Source: Camelus dromedarius
Taxonomy: Eukaryota
DNA length: 64,000 bases
Direction of reading: 5' to 3'
Assembly: GCF_036321535.1 (NCBI RefSeq)
Contig: NC_087438.1
Span: 4,156,001-4,220,000 of the forward strand
The notes below the pieces were generated by a model. The model searched no databases and was not told the DNA's origin. It saw only the letters and a program-made list of their open reading frames with translations. Of the stretch, positions 21,969-35,970 are shown piece after piece (the stretch's first letter is position 1; each line of letters begins with the position of its first letter). A program made the translations under genes and the position numbers.

Positions 21969-24900
21969 AAATTGGATTGAATTTAGCTGTTTTAGAAGAA
22001 ATGCTGTTGTGAATTTCAGAATAATAAACTGTAACTGTGTTGCTTGCACGTACACACCCTGGCTACGCAGAAGCCCCACCTCGTATGTCCCACGCGGTGG
22101 CATCCGTGAAGGACTGAGGCATCACTATTTATATACAAGTGGTGGCCCTAAAACACTTGGAAATCTGTGAATAGGCATCCCATCCATTCGGTCTGCAGCC
22201 TGATGCACAATGCAAAGGTGACTCTCAGCCCCTAGACGCGCGACCGCAGGCGTGGACTTGGTGAGGGTGGGGCCGCATCCACAGGGATGCAGTTTACTCC
22301 ACGTACCTCTTCCACTTGCTACTCCATCAGTCAGGAGCAGGCTTCCTTTCCAACTGCCCACACTGCAGAGAACCGGGCACGTTAATGAGTTCCTGTCTGA
22401 AAAATGTCTTGGAGCTCCTCATGAAAGGTGGGGAATAAATCCACGGTGTTCTTCACATTTCGAATTGTTAGAGGAAAGATGGATTCAAGAAACAAACTCT
22501 CCTTCCTGCCCTAAAATCTGGAGTGGTTTCCCTGAAGCTGTCATGGCAGGGAGAGCATGGGGGAGGTGGGGTGAGGGAGGTGAGCTGGGGCAATCCCCGC
22601 GGACTTGGGGAATGAAACCGCAGGCTGCTTCCCCGGCATCTGGCCAGATGCCAATCTGCTAAAAGCAAAGAGTAAAGATTCATTCCTCTGCTTGCATTAT
22701 ATCCACACATAAAATTTGGCCCTGTAACTACAGAACAGTGCCAAAGTCTGTTTGGCTCATTTAAATTTTTGTATTTATTTTAATTAAGCACTAGCAGAAT
22801 GTCATTTGCACTGGCATATTGACTACCTTTGTAATTAACAGCCCCAAACCAGGGAGATGGGCTTCTTCCACATTCTCTTAATTAACTGAAATATTTCAAG
22901 GACAGAATCAGAATCAGTGATAATTTCTTTATGGATGCAGAACATGGGGCTGGGGACTATGCCCTTCATTGGCAAAACCTGTAATTTTTAAAATTCAAGG
23001 ATTTATCCAGAATATATTTCTGTTTTTAATGTCATTATTGGCAGTAAGAAAGCTTAGCATTAGATATTTCAAGTAAAAAAAAAAATCCTCATTCAATGTG
23101 GAAAAAAAAGTAGAAATTCTAATTTGCTTGAATAGGGTAAATGGCCTTAATGATTTAAACTGTTATAAGTCACGTGGGTCACACTGGCCGCCTGAGACCC
23201 GAAATGCTGGTCCTGGGTCTATTCTCAAGGCTCCCTACAATTAGACGAGGGGCCCACCTCTTTTCCTTTGCCGTTGTGCCTTCTCCCCTAACACCTCCCA
23301 AACCCTCCCAACCTTTAACGTATTTAAAGGAGTTTGTATTTCCTGTTGGTCCTTTGAGCTGGCAATCACCCCCTGTGTACATGAGCTGCCATTGTCATTA
23401 GTCCCAGGGGCAGCTGTGGAGCGCCCCTGCTTCTTCCCGCTCTTTTGGGGACATGAGTGCATCTCTTGCATGACTGGCGGGTACAAGCCATGAGTTTGCA
23501 CTGGTGCTCTGAGCCTCAGGGGAGCAGGACCTTGTCTCCACACACAGCCCCAGTCCGACTCTGCTGTGTCTCCATTTAGTCCTGAAGGACAGTAGTTAGG
23601 ACCTCATTGAACACCATCAGCTGTACACAAAGAAATCAGCCCGTTCACCCACCAAATGCGTTCCCCCCGCTAGAGCAGCGGAAGGGCACGTGGCTACGCT
23701 CACTCTAAGGGGGCCCGTCTCAAGCTCTCGGGGGAGGCGGTGTTTTGATTCACATTCTCCGTGCCACCTATAAACTCTTGCGATTCAGCAAAATTTCTCC
23801 TTTCGTTTGCTGAGTTGAACAGCCTCGTCTTTTTCTCCCTCTTAAGCACCTCAACTCTGAACTGAATCTTCACAGATGCAAACTGCCAAGTGAAATCCCT
23901 TCAATATTAAACTCCTCAACCATCGTCAGGAAGGGGAGCCATTTGCGGTGCTAAGGAAATGAGATTCATTTTAAATGGAATAGTCTCATGAATATGCTAT
24001 CCAGTCCCAAACAATTCAATAAAAGTAGCAGATCTTGACTTCGTGTGGCCCGTTTCCCCCAGTCAAGAGGGACGGCACTCAGTGGGGGAGGTGAGAACAC
24101 GGCCACCCTGAAGTACAGCCTTCAGTCCAGCTGAAACAGGCTGCACGTGGCACTGATTTGTCCGTTTGGGGCTTTGTATTTAGGAAATTTTTTTCTGTTT
24201 AGGAAGCACTTCCCTGGGGCTTCTCCATCTTCCATCTAATCCCAATTAACGAAGCTCTGGGAACAACCCTTGTCTGCCGGGGTCAGGTCAAAGGTGAAGA
24301 TCTCAGCACTGCTGTCTCCCACCTCCCCCAGGCATGGGACCGGGTCTCAGCTCAGCGAGGCAGCCAGAGCAGGGCCCCCTCTGGACCAGCTCCAAGGGCC
24401 CATGGCCCACTGCCTCCCTGGGCCTCCTCCCAGCAGGTCTGCAGCCTGCCCCTCTTTGGGGGAGGAGGCAATAGTGCACCTGCATCAGCGGGACTCAGAG
24501 CCAGTGGGGGTCAGTGTGACTGGCGGGGCAGAACCACAGGCAGGAAAGCAAGACTGAGCTGGCTCTAAAGAAAGAGCAAGGGCGGCCCTGAACCCAACAC
24601 ACATTTTAGGCATCTCCTTGCAGTGATGAAGCTGACACTCGGGGGCTGGGTGGGGCTGAAGCTGGAAGCAGACCGTCTGGGAACATCCCCACAGGAACGG
24701 TCCTTCACTGTATCCCAAGATGTGGGGTTGGTCCCTCTTAAGCAGAAATGCATTCAGGATGAATGAATGAGTGGATAAGTGAGTACCTCTGGGCTGGACG
24801 GATGCTCTGACAGCCTCTTTGTAGCTCATTTCCTCACTGAGGTTTCAAGAAGGTCTCGGCTTGTGGACAAGCAGAAGCTGCTCGTCCCTGCTGGGAAATC

Positions 24901-27900
24901 TCCTGCACCTGGCCAACTCCCAGATGCACACTTTGCTGTGGGACTTCCCTTCTGTCCACGCCACCCGGCCTCCCCAGGGAGGACCACTCCCCCCTGGTCT
25001 CAGCCGGAGAAGATCCTTACTTCCCATTCCCTGGGCTGGCAGGAACCCCCCGGTGATGGCCCTAACTCCAAGAAAGAAGGCAGTATTTACAGAAAAGTCA
25101 CCAGAGTCCCATTGGTGGTAATTTGGCAGCAGATCAATTTATGTTTCATTTTGGGAAAAGAAGAGAAAACCAACTGAAGAGGGCTGTGTTGAAGGGGGTG
25201 CTCTGTGGTACCACCTGTGTGTTTCCTTGTCAGACTCTTCCTTTCAAACAGTGTGTAAATGTGTAAGGTGATCGTGTGACTCAGAGACAGAAGGGGAGAG
25301 ACAGAAACAGAGACAGAGTGAGAAAGAGACTATTGTAAATACATAGCGGGATTCCTGGGATGTTCACAGCCTTTCGCTCCTTCTTACTCCAGAGATGGTG
25401 CAGGTCCAAAGCCTGCCATCTATGAGGGCAGAAGAATGGAAGGTATGGGTCCAAAACCTCACCTGCTTTGAAGACAGAAAGACAGAGTGTGCATGGGCCC
25501 AACATGCCCCCACTGAGATGGCAGGACTGTCCTGTCTTCGTGGCAGGAGTCCTTGTGTCCTCAGCCCACCCTGCTCCAGAGACCGCTGGCTGCCTTCTTC
25601 TCAGACATCCACAAACCAGAAATGTGAGCCTGCCTCCTCCCATGCACGTCACTCTGGGTGGCTTCTGACAAAGCCAGCCTGCCTGATACGCACTTCTCTC
25701 TCTTCTCTGGAGGCCAGGAGGGTGGCCTTTGTGTGAAGGACAGGCCACCTTGGCACAGCCCAGGAGCTTTGCCTCACTGGGAACTGGGCCCACTGTGGCA
25801 GATAAGGGATGGAGATCAGTGGCTTTCCCTGAGCAGGGAGGGTGTGCCGGGCACCGGTGGGCCTGGCAGACACAAGAGCTTGTGCAGTACCCCACGTCCC
25901 GCACCCAGGCCTGGAGGGCAACCAGGCCCGCACCTCCACCGCACGTCACATCCTCATCTGGGGTCCCCCTCAGCACCCCAGCAGGGGCAAACATAACCCA
26001 GCCACAAGAAGGGGCAACCTCGCGGCCGCTGGGTGGGTCCCAGACACTTGTTTGGCTTTGTGTGGGCAAGGTGGCCTTTGGAATCAGAAGTGGGCACACT
26101 AACTTTCCCCTTAAAAATTATAATCATTCACACTCCACATCCCATCCAAGCTTTTACTCTGTAGTCTTACATTTTACAAGATGAGACTTAGTGAGAAGGA
26201 CCAAATGTCTCTCCTTCCAAGGGGCAGTGCTCGCTGTGGCCTTCTGGGGCTGCAGGGGACCCCAGAAAGTGCCGGCTCTCAGGGGCACTCGAGACCGAGG
26301 CGAGCTGCCTTTGTTTTGCTGTCCCTGGTCCTCCGTCCCTGGTGCCCCACTGGAGGGGCCGGAAAGCACTTTGACCTTGGACTGCAGGTACCAGGACCAC
26401 TCGCAAGGCTGCTGTGCGAGGATGCTGGGATGTAACTGGCCCACCTGTGAGAAGCCGAGCACCATGCCTCTTGCCTCCGTGCTCACAGGCCTGGAGTGCC
26501 GGCTGATGGGCTGCTCGTCCACTTGTCCAGCTCGAGGAGATGCCCAGGTCACGGGCAGCTTCCTGGCTCCCGGCGAGAGGCTTCCGTCTGTGAGGCTGAG
26601 CTGCTGAGGTCTCTGCGGGGGGGCAAGTGCGATTTCAACTCATACTTTCTGCTCTTCAGAACAGTCACAAGTTAGAGGAAATATCTCCATACTCTTCCTG
26701 GTTTTACAGTTCTTTATTTTTGTCATTATTCTACTTCAATTTTGTGACAAATATTAGGATGACATCTCCTACTAATCATGCTTTTTACACAAGCACATCT
26801 CTGCGATTCTATCCAAGAGCCACCTGCCAGGTGTGCAGGTCTGGCTGTTGCACCAGCAGCCACTCCACATAGCAGCATTTTCTTACCCAGAGTTTGCTTC
26901 AGTAAGAATATTGACAAAGAAAGTGAGGCCTCTTTTATTTCATCTCTTTCGCATCAAAACATTTTATGGAAACGTATGGCTCGGCTCTAAGCAATGGGGG
27001 CTACCAACTTAAGTTCCAGAGCCCAGACCTGAGCTTCCTTAAGCAGAGGGTCTCCTCAGATCCCGCAGTCAGCCTGCGTGACTGCAGTTCCAGCAGACAC
27101 AGGGGCAGCTTACAGAATCTTCTCCCCGGGATTCTCGGCAGCTGAGACAGAACCACGGACTGATGAGGGTCCTTCACACCTTGCGCGGGTGGTTTGTTCT
27201 GTGCCTAAGAAGACACATGTCCAACATGCAGATGCAGATCTCAGAGACGGGGGAGACCCCACAGTTGGCCTAAAGCTGTCCCTGGGAGAGGTCGGGGAGG
27301 TCCGCTGGAGTAAACAGAGACTCTGGGGTGATCCTCAAATCCTCACAACTCAAGGGAGAAGCTGGGTCTGGATTGGGGTTGTCTTGGAACCAATCTGGGC
27401 CCTTTGGGTCAACTCTGGGCCACATTGGACTCCAAACCCATTGAGAGCAGGAGGGAGGAGCGTTTGCTATATAATAATTCCAAACTGGCCAAACAAGCAA
27501 AGAAAACTTGAACACAGGTAAAGCCCAGTTATTTTTCCTCTGCACCTCAGAAAGCTTCCCCAGGTTCCCCCCACATTCCTCTCCCACTGCCTGCAATGGG
27601 ACATCAGGAGGCCAATGCTGGGAGCAGGCACAAGAGCAAAACCTTACATCAAGGGGGCTCTGCTGAGATCTAAACTCTGGGAGAGTGTGATCAATGTGCT
27701 GGGAGACGGGCTGTGTCTGGAATCACTGATTCCTGCAGCACGGCCAAGGCTGATGGCTTTTCTCCCTCCCAAGTCTACATTACGACCTGAGCTTTGGCTT
27801 GGTTTGGGTTTTGGGTTTGGCTTTATATTGTTTTGCATTTTGAGTTAAGCTGTACTTGCAAACATAGTAGCTGCTCTTCCCTTGCCTGTGTCTATGGCTT

Positions 27901-28283
27901 TTTCCCTTCTTCCACCAAGAGGTGAGATGCATTTCCCTAATCGTTGCATGTGGACTGCCCTCGTGATGTGAATGTGGCAGAGGGTGGTGTGCCAGCCCCA
28001 AGCCGACACCCATCCCCCGGGTCCCTGTACAGACACCCCGTGAACAAGGCTGCCCTCACTACTCGCCTGGCAAGGATGAGAGGTCGTGTGGAAGAGCTTG
28101 GGCAGGAGAGGCCTTCTGACCCTGCCTAGTCTCTGGCTGATCCACGTGAGTGAGCCCGGCCAAGATCGGCCAAGCCTGGCTCAGGCTAGAGGAACAGCTC
28201 AGAGGCAAAATCATTTGACTGAGGCCACCCGACTAGTAGGTGACAAGGCCAAGCATTGGAACTCAAGTTATTCTGATTCCATG

Positions 28284-29091
28284 GTAAATGATTCTGCACC
28301 CAATTCCAACGTCAGGGGTGGAGTGGGGGGGGGGGTCCCCACACCAACAAGCAGTTTTCAGACACCGGCTAGGTCTCCTACTATTCAACTTAATCCTGAA
28401 TTAGCGTCATAACCTGGAGACAGCATCAGGCCCCACAGATTGAGAGCTCAGTCCCACAAGACTTCCCTGCTGCACCTTGAACTCCAGTCCCAAACCCGAG
28501 TCACCTGAGCTTTCGACTGACCTGCTAAAACCTGGAAGCCCAAGGACCCCTTCCTCGGGTTTCATTTGTTTGCTAGAGTGGCCCACAGAACTCAGAGAAA
28601 CATTGTACTTTCTAGATCACTGGTTTATTATAAAAAGATATAACTCAGGAACAGCCAAATGAAAAAGACTCATAGGCCAAGGTATGGGGAAAGGACCCGG
28701 AGTTTCCATGTCTTCTCCTAACAGGCTGCTCTCCTCAGATCCCCCGTGTTCGCCAACTGCAACGCTCCCCAACCTCTATCCTTTGGGCTTCTTATGGAGG
28801 CTTCATTATACAGGCATGTTGCACTAAACCATTGGCCATTGGTGACTTGACTCGGCCTCTAGCCCTCCTCCCCTCCCTGGAGGTCAGGAGGATGGGACTA
28901 AAAGTTCCGACTCTCCAGTCACATGGTTGGGCCCCCTGGCAACCAGCCCCCATCCTTAGGTGCCTTCCGTGTCACCTCACTAATGTAACAAAAGACGTCT
29001 TCACTTGTGAAATTCCAAAGGTTTTAAGAGCTCTGTGCCAGAACCCAGGGTGAAGAGCATATAAATGTTGACTGTAAGTCACGGTGTCACA
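28284..29091 (-). mobile_element. MER21-like solo LTR
   Basis: GCTCAGTCCCACAAGAC, TTTGCTAGAGTGGCCCACAGAACTCAG, ATAACTCAGGAACAGCCA, CCATTGGCCATTGGTGA. Ends ...GTCACA, with a possible CATG TSD at 28280-28283 and 29092-29095. Confidence 0.88.
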
Positions 29092-31533
29092 CATGACCTG
29101 TATTCTTTCCAGTTACTTCAAATTATAGACCCTGGACCTCAATTCTACAAGCTGTCTGGGGTCTGGAGCTTGTACTAAATTTCTGTATTCCAAAGACAGT
29201 TATTTTTGTGAAACATCAGTTTCCAGAAATTGAAGTAAGGATATCTCCCTAGGAAACCCTTATTTCTGAATAGTTCTCTTCAGATTTCTCTCCCTCTCTC
29301 TCTCTCTACCTTCCTCTCCCCCCCCCCCAACACACACACACGCATCATCTGTGGATTATATTTTTGGTTTGTGGATTATTTAAGTCCTAGCGAGATCACC
29401 TCCTTTAAATTCCCACTGCCAAAGTAATTTCCTAAATTATACGGAAACAATGCTTCTGGTGGTATGCCAAAGTGGGTGACCTCTTATTTTACTGAAAATA
29501 TAGATTTGGTTATTATTTCAACAAAAGTAAAAGGCTTTGCCTTAGAAGAATTAAAACTAGAAAGAACCAGAGGACTTCTCCATAGAGTGGATTACTTTGA
29601 GAACCACCAGAACCTTAGAGCTTCCATTCCAGGAATGCACATGATGTATCTGTGGTCCACTCCCTCCGAGGCTCGCTGCTGCCCTCAGAGGCAGGACCCT
29701 GATGGAGCCGCAGCCCTGGAGCCCTCCAGAGCAGGACAGCCCTGCTGATACCAGCATGTCCCTGGTGACTGTGACCAGCACGAATCTCTTCCGAGCCGGA
29801 GCCAGAATCATCTGAAAGGCTCTAGCTCGTGTTGATGGGGACGGCTGTTGGAACACAGGATGGAGTGGCTTGGAGATCCAGTCCTCGCAAAGGCTCAATA
29901 ACCAACATCTGACTGAAAACGTAAAACCTAACATCTATCAAATTCTGAAGAGTTCACAAAATATTTTCTCAAAAATGCTCTCTGGGGTCCTGCCAACCAT
30001 CCTTAACATAAATGTTTATAATTACTCCCACTTTACACAGAAGAAACCTGAATCTTATTGAGGTCAAACAGCTTTATTACATCAAGAAAAGAGCAGAACC
30101 ACCCACACTTCCTCTGCCTGCAAACTTAACCGTCTTCCTCATAACATGAAGCTGAAAGCTTCGACATTTTGAGATGCTCTAAAGTTAACTGTCAGGCCAA
30201 ACAGGAGGGGAGAGCCAGGGTTCTGTGAACCAGTAGCACAGCCCACTAGTGAGAAGTTGAGGAACAGCAATTGAGAGATGGCTGAGAGCTTCTAGAAGGG
30301 AAAGGTGGGGCGTCTACAGGACTCTGCAGGTGCGCCGTGATAGGTCTGATTTGACAAAGCTCCCGACAAGGCTGCTTCCATCTGTATGTGCAGCCACATG
30401 AATCCAAGCCACCACCACCACCACCACCCCCGCAGCAGGCTGCTTGTTGCCTACCAGCACCTGGCACCCACCTGCCACCATGAGCTTTGAAGCGTCAGCT
30501 CTTTCTAGTTTGCTCCCTGGCGTATAATAAAGTGCCTCTTCCTAAGACCGTTCTTTCAACCTTCCAGCTGAGCGGCAGGAGAGATGCAGTCACAGAGCAG
30601 CTGAAAACGACAGTTCTTACACTCTTGTGAATTGATCTGGGGACGATCCTTTTGTAATGTCTCACCAGAGAGTTGGCCAATAGCAGAAAACTGGGGAGGA
30701 GTGCTGCCATTATTGGCAGTACTTTGCAACGACGACTCCTTTCCTGAATGTTCCAGACTGTCACAACGTCCTTAGTGTCAACACTGAGACAATCCCAGCC
30801 CTGCTGGAATCCCTACAGTCTTCACTTTCCACCCACTTACTTTGATCCAAAGGAAGCAGATGTCAGGAACCACGTCCTCAGCTTCCCTATGAGCTGGTTC
30901 CTCCAAGTCACACCATATCTGAAAAGGAAACTCTGTATACCTGTTTGCACCTGCATCTTTGAACCCTTCTTTTGGAGAGGAGATAAACTCTCCAGAAGAC
31001 TGCCATGGTTCCTGGCAGAGCTACGCTGCTCATGTGTCCATGGGTCCTGCATCTTGTCAGTATCCGTGAGCCTAACACCTCTTCTCCTTAAAGCACAACC
31101 AGAATCTTCACTCCCAGTTGTCTTGAGTGTATCCCATTTCAAGCATCGATGCTCTAAATCTTCACACTGCTCCCAGAGGGACAGCTCGTCAGCAGACCAC
31201 CTGCTGCATTTTAGGTCCCCATTACCTGCTAATGCAGACCCACTAACACTGCCATGGCGAGCAGAGGTTCCCCTCATTCTGCTCCATCTCTTACTCACAT
31301 TCTCCTTCTCCCATGGGCCCTGAGTGCTTTAGAAGACATATGTTACTCTAAGAGTGTTAATGGAACTTGTCAGCTTGCAGGCCTGGCTTGTTCAGCCTCC
31401 TGGAGCGGGCAGAGTAAGGGCGACATTCACCCACTCCCTGGCCCTGTGCGCAGCATCCTGCCTTCTCAGGCTCTGCGTCCCATGAGAGAAAGGATGGGAC
31501 TTACTTGTCCTATGGCCTCAACTTGCCTGCTCC

Positions 31534-32157
31534 TATAATGGAGCAGGACCCAGTAGGGCCTTCCCAGGACAGAGTCCCCCTCGTGTCCTTTGCCTGCCTC
31601 TTGTCTGTAGAAAAACTTTAGCCTCCTTGGCCGTCCCTGAATTTCAAACAGTAATGTTAATCAGAGGAGTGAGAAAAGGCAGAAAGAATGGGAAACAGTC
31701 AAGCAAGACAAAATAATAACAGTTTAGCCATTAAACAAAGTCAAGGAGCTTTAGTTCCTCCTCAAGGGCTGTAGATAATATTCTTGTCCTTGGAGCTCTT
31801 CTGCAGACACTGAAACCCCCGCCAGGTGGAAGAAGGTAACTGTGTGCTGCCCCCCAGCACAGAGGCCCCAGAGGGGTTGGAACCAGGAGGCTGGTGGTGT
31901 TCGCTCCCAATTACCTTCTCACCAACCAATCAGAAGAAAGTTCATGAGCTGATCACACACCCTGCAACCCTCTCCCTCACCGTCTTTAAAACCCTTTCCC
32001 TGAAAGCCACTGGGGAATTTGGGCCCTTTGAGCACTAGCTGTCTGGACTCTGCTTGGCACCTGCAGCGAACGCTACACTTTCCTTTGCCACAACCGGGTG
32101 TCAGTAGGTTGGCTTTCCTGTGTGCAGGTGAGCGGACCCAAGTTTGGTTCGGTAACA
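31534..32157 (+). mobile_element. ERV1-class solo LTR (MER41-like, cetartiodactyl), full length
   Basis: Starts TATAATGGAGCAGGACC (a decayed TGTAA..) and ends GGACCCAAGTTTGGTTCGGTAACA. Has a CCAAT box, and a 4-bp TSD CTCC at 31530-31533 and 32158-32161. Confidence 0.9.
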
Positions 32158-33182
32158 CTCCAGCTCAGAGGGGGTTTTCAGAAAACATTTCCTGAACTAT
32201 CCCTGAATCCAGCTGCCCCATCTGGAACAGTTCTGAAAACCTGAAGGGCTACAGAGTCCTCTATGGGACCAGTGAGATGATCACACAGAAGATGTCAAAA
32301 AGGGCATGGGGAGGACAGAAACGCCACGCTGCTCCAGCATGGCCAGTCTTGCTGCTTCTGATGACACCTCCAGACACCGTGGGGCTGCTGTCCAAGAGAG
32401 ACGAGAGCGAGCTGGGGTGGACGTGGTGTGAGCGGCTCTCAGACCTGCACCTTCGAAACGGAAATCTTGTCATTCTATGACAGTTCAAACCATCGGGATT
32501 TCCCAGGCACAGGATGACTTTGGGGACTAAGCCATTGCAAGTGTACGTCACAGGAGCTACTCGAAGAGAGCGGGTGGTTTTATTAGTGAAGACAAAAAAA
32601 AGCTCGGGTGTGGAGGGAACTGGCAAGAGCTGACGCCTTTATGATTTTCCCCTGACCTGAGATAGTAGATGTGAGCGATGCTTTGATGACAATAGGGATT
32701 TTGTTACCAGGAGTGAAGAACTCCTTCCACGTAAGCCCGTTAGCACCAACTATTATACGTTTGGGGATGGAGCCAGGTCCCCTCCAAGCTGCCACGCGCC
32801 TGGGACAGGACCAGATGGCTGGTGACAACCCTTCCAGTTTCATAAGGAGAACTAGACTGAATACCAGAAATCACCTTGTTCCAAATTAACTGGAGTTTTA
32901 ACCAGTAAGCTGTTAGGAAGCAGACACAGACCCGTGATTGGCCAAGCGTGGTGCCAGGGGCAAGTCAATCAGTGCTGCGGGGTGTCAGGACCTGGATTGT
33001 AGATCAGAGCCCAGGCTCTCCTCATGAAGAGAATGCTATTTCTTAAAATAATAACAAGAATAACAGTGACAGCAAATGTGCACTGAGGCCCTGAGCAGGG
33101 GTACAACACACCAAGATTGTTGCTACATGAGAGACGAACTGAGGGTGGTGGTGACACTGTGATGTGTGACTTTTCTTTCATA

Positions 33183-33268
33183 TTTTTTTACTGCAGCGCA
33201 GCCAGTTTACAGTGTTGTGTCAATTTCTGGTGTACAGCGTAGTTTCAGTCATACATGTACAAACATAC
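33183..33268 (-). mobile_element. Short L1 3'-terminal fragment
   Basis: AGTTTACAGTGTTGTGTCAATTTCTGGTGTACAGC is the reverse complement of the end of the 1415-1952 family. Confidence 0.85.
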
Positions 33269-34858
33269 TTCTTAGGGGAGACAAAATCACAATAGATGTT
33301 GGTTAATGTCTCTATCATTTAAAGGTACCGAAGCACATGTTAGTATCCTATCAGTAAATAGTGTTAATGGGCTAACTATACGGATGCATCCGTGCACTGG
33401 GGAAAAACCGTGAACTTGCCATGTTTCCTGCTTCCATCCCAGAAAGGAGAGTCCAGGGCAGACGTGTGAAATCCCCTTGAGTGGCTGTCACTTGCTCTTC
33501 TAATTTTTTTTCACGAGTGGGCAGAGCACGTCTGTGCTGAGCCCACTTCACGGAACCCCGCTCTGAGGGAGTCCCCCTTCCAGGACCCCTCCCGCTGCCT
33601 CAGCTGAAACTCAGGGCTCCTTTGCCCACAACTTAGCGACACAGTCGTAGTCCTGGTATCTTTGATGACGTTCTCAAGTCACATCAACCACAGCGACACT
33701 CGCGATGATGATGTTAGCCTTCTCGGCTTGGGGCTCCCCAGGAACCCATGTCTTGGAGTCAGATGTGTGCGAAGACAGTGGAAGGTTCTGAGAAGGCAAA
33801 CTCTAACCAGGTAAGAGAAATCAGATCTCTGACAGGGAAGCGAAGGCGATTTGGGGAGCGCTGAGGTTTGCTGGCTCCCCTTCTGTGATTCAGAGCGAAT
33901 GTCCTGCCCTGTGCACGGCACACCCGTTGTTGAATTGGAGTCATGATGAGATAGAATAAAAGAGAGGGCTCTGCCAGAACACGCTTACCCCGCAGCACCA
34001 GGACACCTGAAGGGATACACTAGGATGGACGGCACTGGCGATCTGGACTGGCTTTGCCCACGCGGGCCCTCGCTCCCACCACCCGCTGACCTGTGATGTG
34101 TGAACGGAGACATGGAGTGGGAGGAACTTGCACTGGGTCCCCAGTGGCTGCAGGCCAGGGACTGGACCCCATGTCTCCCACCCCCCACCCAGGGCTCCTG
34201 CCACGTTTTATTTTATGATTTATCGCTACGTAAGATTGGCTGAAATTTGACAAATCAGCCTCTGCTTCATCCTCACTCAATGTTCCAGTTAACAAGGTCC
34301 CAGAATAACTTGGTTACAAGTGGGTTTCCTCAGAAAATTTTACAGGACAGTGATTTGAGGGTAGCATAATGACAATAATCTGAGCTTTTGTTTAAGTAAA
34401 AAACTTTTTTAAAGGTAAAAGTCCTTTTTAAAGGTCAAGTGAAAACTTATTTTGTTGCCCATTTGAGAAAGCTATAAAATAAATGACATGAAATTTTATA
34501 AAGCATGAGAACAAAGAATTATTCTAAAAGCCCAAATCAGCAGTGGAGAGAAGAAAAATTCAGAAACTCAAATAACTATGAAATGGACTGAATATGCACT
34601 TTTATGCTGCATCTACTTGGATGGCAGGATGAATGTCAATAATACAGAAATACCAGCCAGATACAGTTTATTCAATTTGACAAAGCTTACAGCTTTCAGT
34701 CACATAATTAAAACAAAATTTAGACTAGTCAGGAATTCTCTAAGCTTTCACCAACGCTGTGGAGGTGGACACCATCATGACTTCTTTGGGGCCAACACAC
34801 CCCATCTCCCAATTCTGGCATGTCGCCTGTTGATGGCTCAAGCTGTGACCTTCCTGGG

Positions 34859-35970
34859 TGTTACGGGTTGAGGTGTGACTTCTGCAAAATTCGTATGTTG
34901 AAATCCTAACCCCTCAGTATTTCAGAATGTGAACTTATCTAGAAATAGAGTCATTGCAGATGTAATTGGTTAAAATGAGGCCATCAGGGTGGTCCCTACA
35001 ATTCTGACTGCACACATTCAAGCAAGTCGGGATACAAACTGGATCTCCTACAACTCAATTCAACTCTGACACTCTCCACCCGGAGACAGCACCAGACCCT
35101 GCAGGTCAAGGGCTCAGTCCCACAAGTCTGTCCTTTCCATCCACTCCAGATGCCAGTCACAAGTCCAGGTTGTCACGTGGGCTTCTGATTGGCTACAGTT
35201 TGGAGGTTCCAATAACCCTGTCCTTGGATTCTATTAATTTGCTAGAGCAGCTCACAAAACTCAGGAAGCCAGTTTACTTATTTGATTACTAGTTTATTGC
35301 AAAAGATAATAACTCAGGAATAGCCAGGTGGAAGAGATGCTTGGGGCAAGGTATGGGGGACGGGCTCGGAGCTCCCACACCCTCTCTGAACACACCACAT
35401 TCCCGCATGCTCACCAGCCTGGAAGCTCTCCTTAGGGTTTGTGTGGAGGCCTTATTACACGGGCACAGCTGATCATTGGCCATTGGTGATTTTTCAACCT
35501 CCAGCTCCAGGTCAAAGGGTGGGACTGAAAATTCCAAACTCTGATCACATGATCAGGTCCCCTGGGATCCAGCCCCATTCCTAAGTGCTTTCCAAAATTC
35601 ACCTCATTAACAAAAGACACCTTTATTGCTCTCATCATTTAGGAAAATCCAAGGGTCTTAGGAGCTCTGCGCAAGAACCAGGGACGAAGACCAAATAGAT
35701 ATTTCTCATTATAAATCCTAATGTCACAGCTGCAATTCAGTATAACTGATGTGCTTATAAAAAGATACATTCAGACACGTAGACAGACACGCATGGTGGA
35801 AAGGTGAAGTGGAGAGACAGCGAGACAAGGAGAGGGAACAGATCTGTCCTCACGGCCCTCAGACGGAATCGACCCCCTTCGAACACTTGACGTCAGATTT
35901 CCAGTTCCCAGACTGTGGGCAATACCTGTCAGTAGTTTAAGCCACACACCTTGTTAAGGAACCTTGTTAA
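34859..35970 (+). mobile_element. MLT1B-type MaLR LTR split by a nested MER21-like LTR
   Basis: The 5' half 34859-34997 (TGTTACGGGTTG..TATGTTGAAATCCTAACCCC..AAAATGAGG) resumes at 35729 (AATTCAGTATAACTGATGTGCTTATAA..CCCTCAGACGGAATC..CCAGACTGTG..TTTAAGCCAC). Confidence 0.85.
34998..35728 (-). mobile_element. MER21-like solo LTR (second copy, nested)
   Basis: Collinear similarity to 28284-29091 along its length, ending ...ATGTCACA. Confidence 0.88.

Noticed and set aside
25281..26607. Cluster of long overlapping ORFs (up to 272 aa)
   Set aside because: Open in several frames on both strands because of high GC. No protein-like signature.
30386..30535. (CCA)n encoding His6, then a GCCACCATG Kozak context and AATAAA
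   Set aside because: The His run is in a roughly 34-codon ORF and the Kozak ATG opens only 15 codons. It is consistent with a microsatellite plus chance motifs.
32380..32850. Possible L3/CR1 relic
   Set aside because: Only faint similarity near 32805-32840, too weak to call without an HMM search.
28284..35728. Two same-orientation MER21-like LTRs about 6 kb apart, resembling a provirus
   Set aside because: The second LTR sits inside an MLT1B whose halves flank it on both sides. The first has its own apparent TSD, and the interval has no gag or pol remnants. They are independent solo LTRs.
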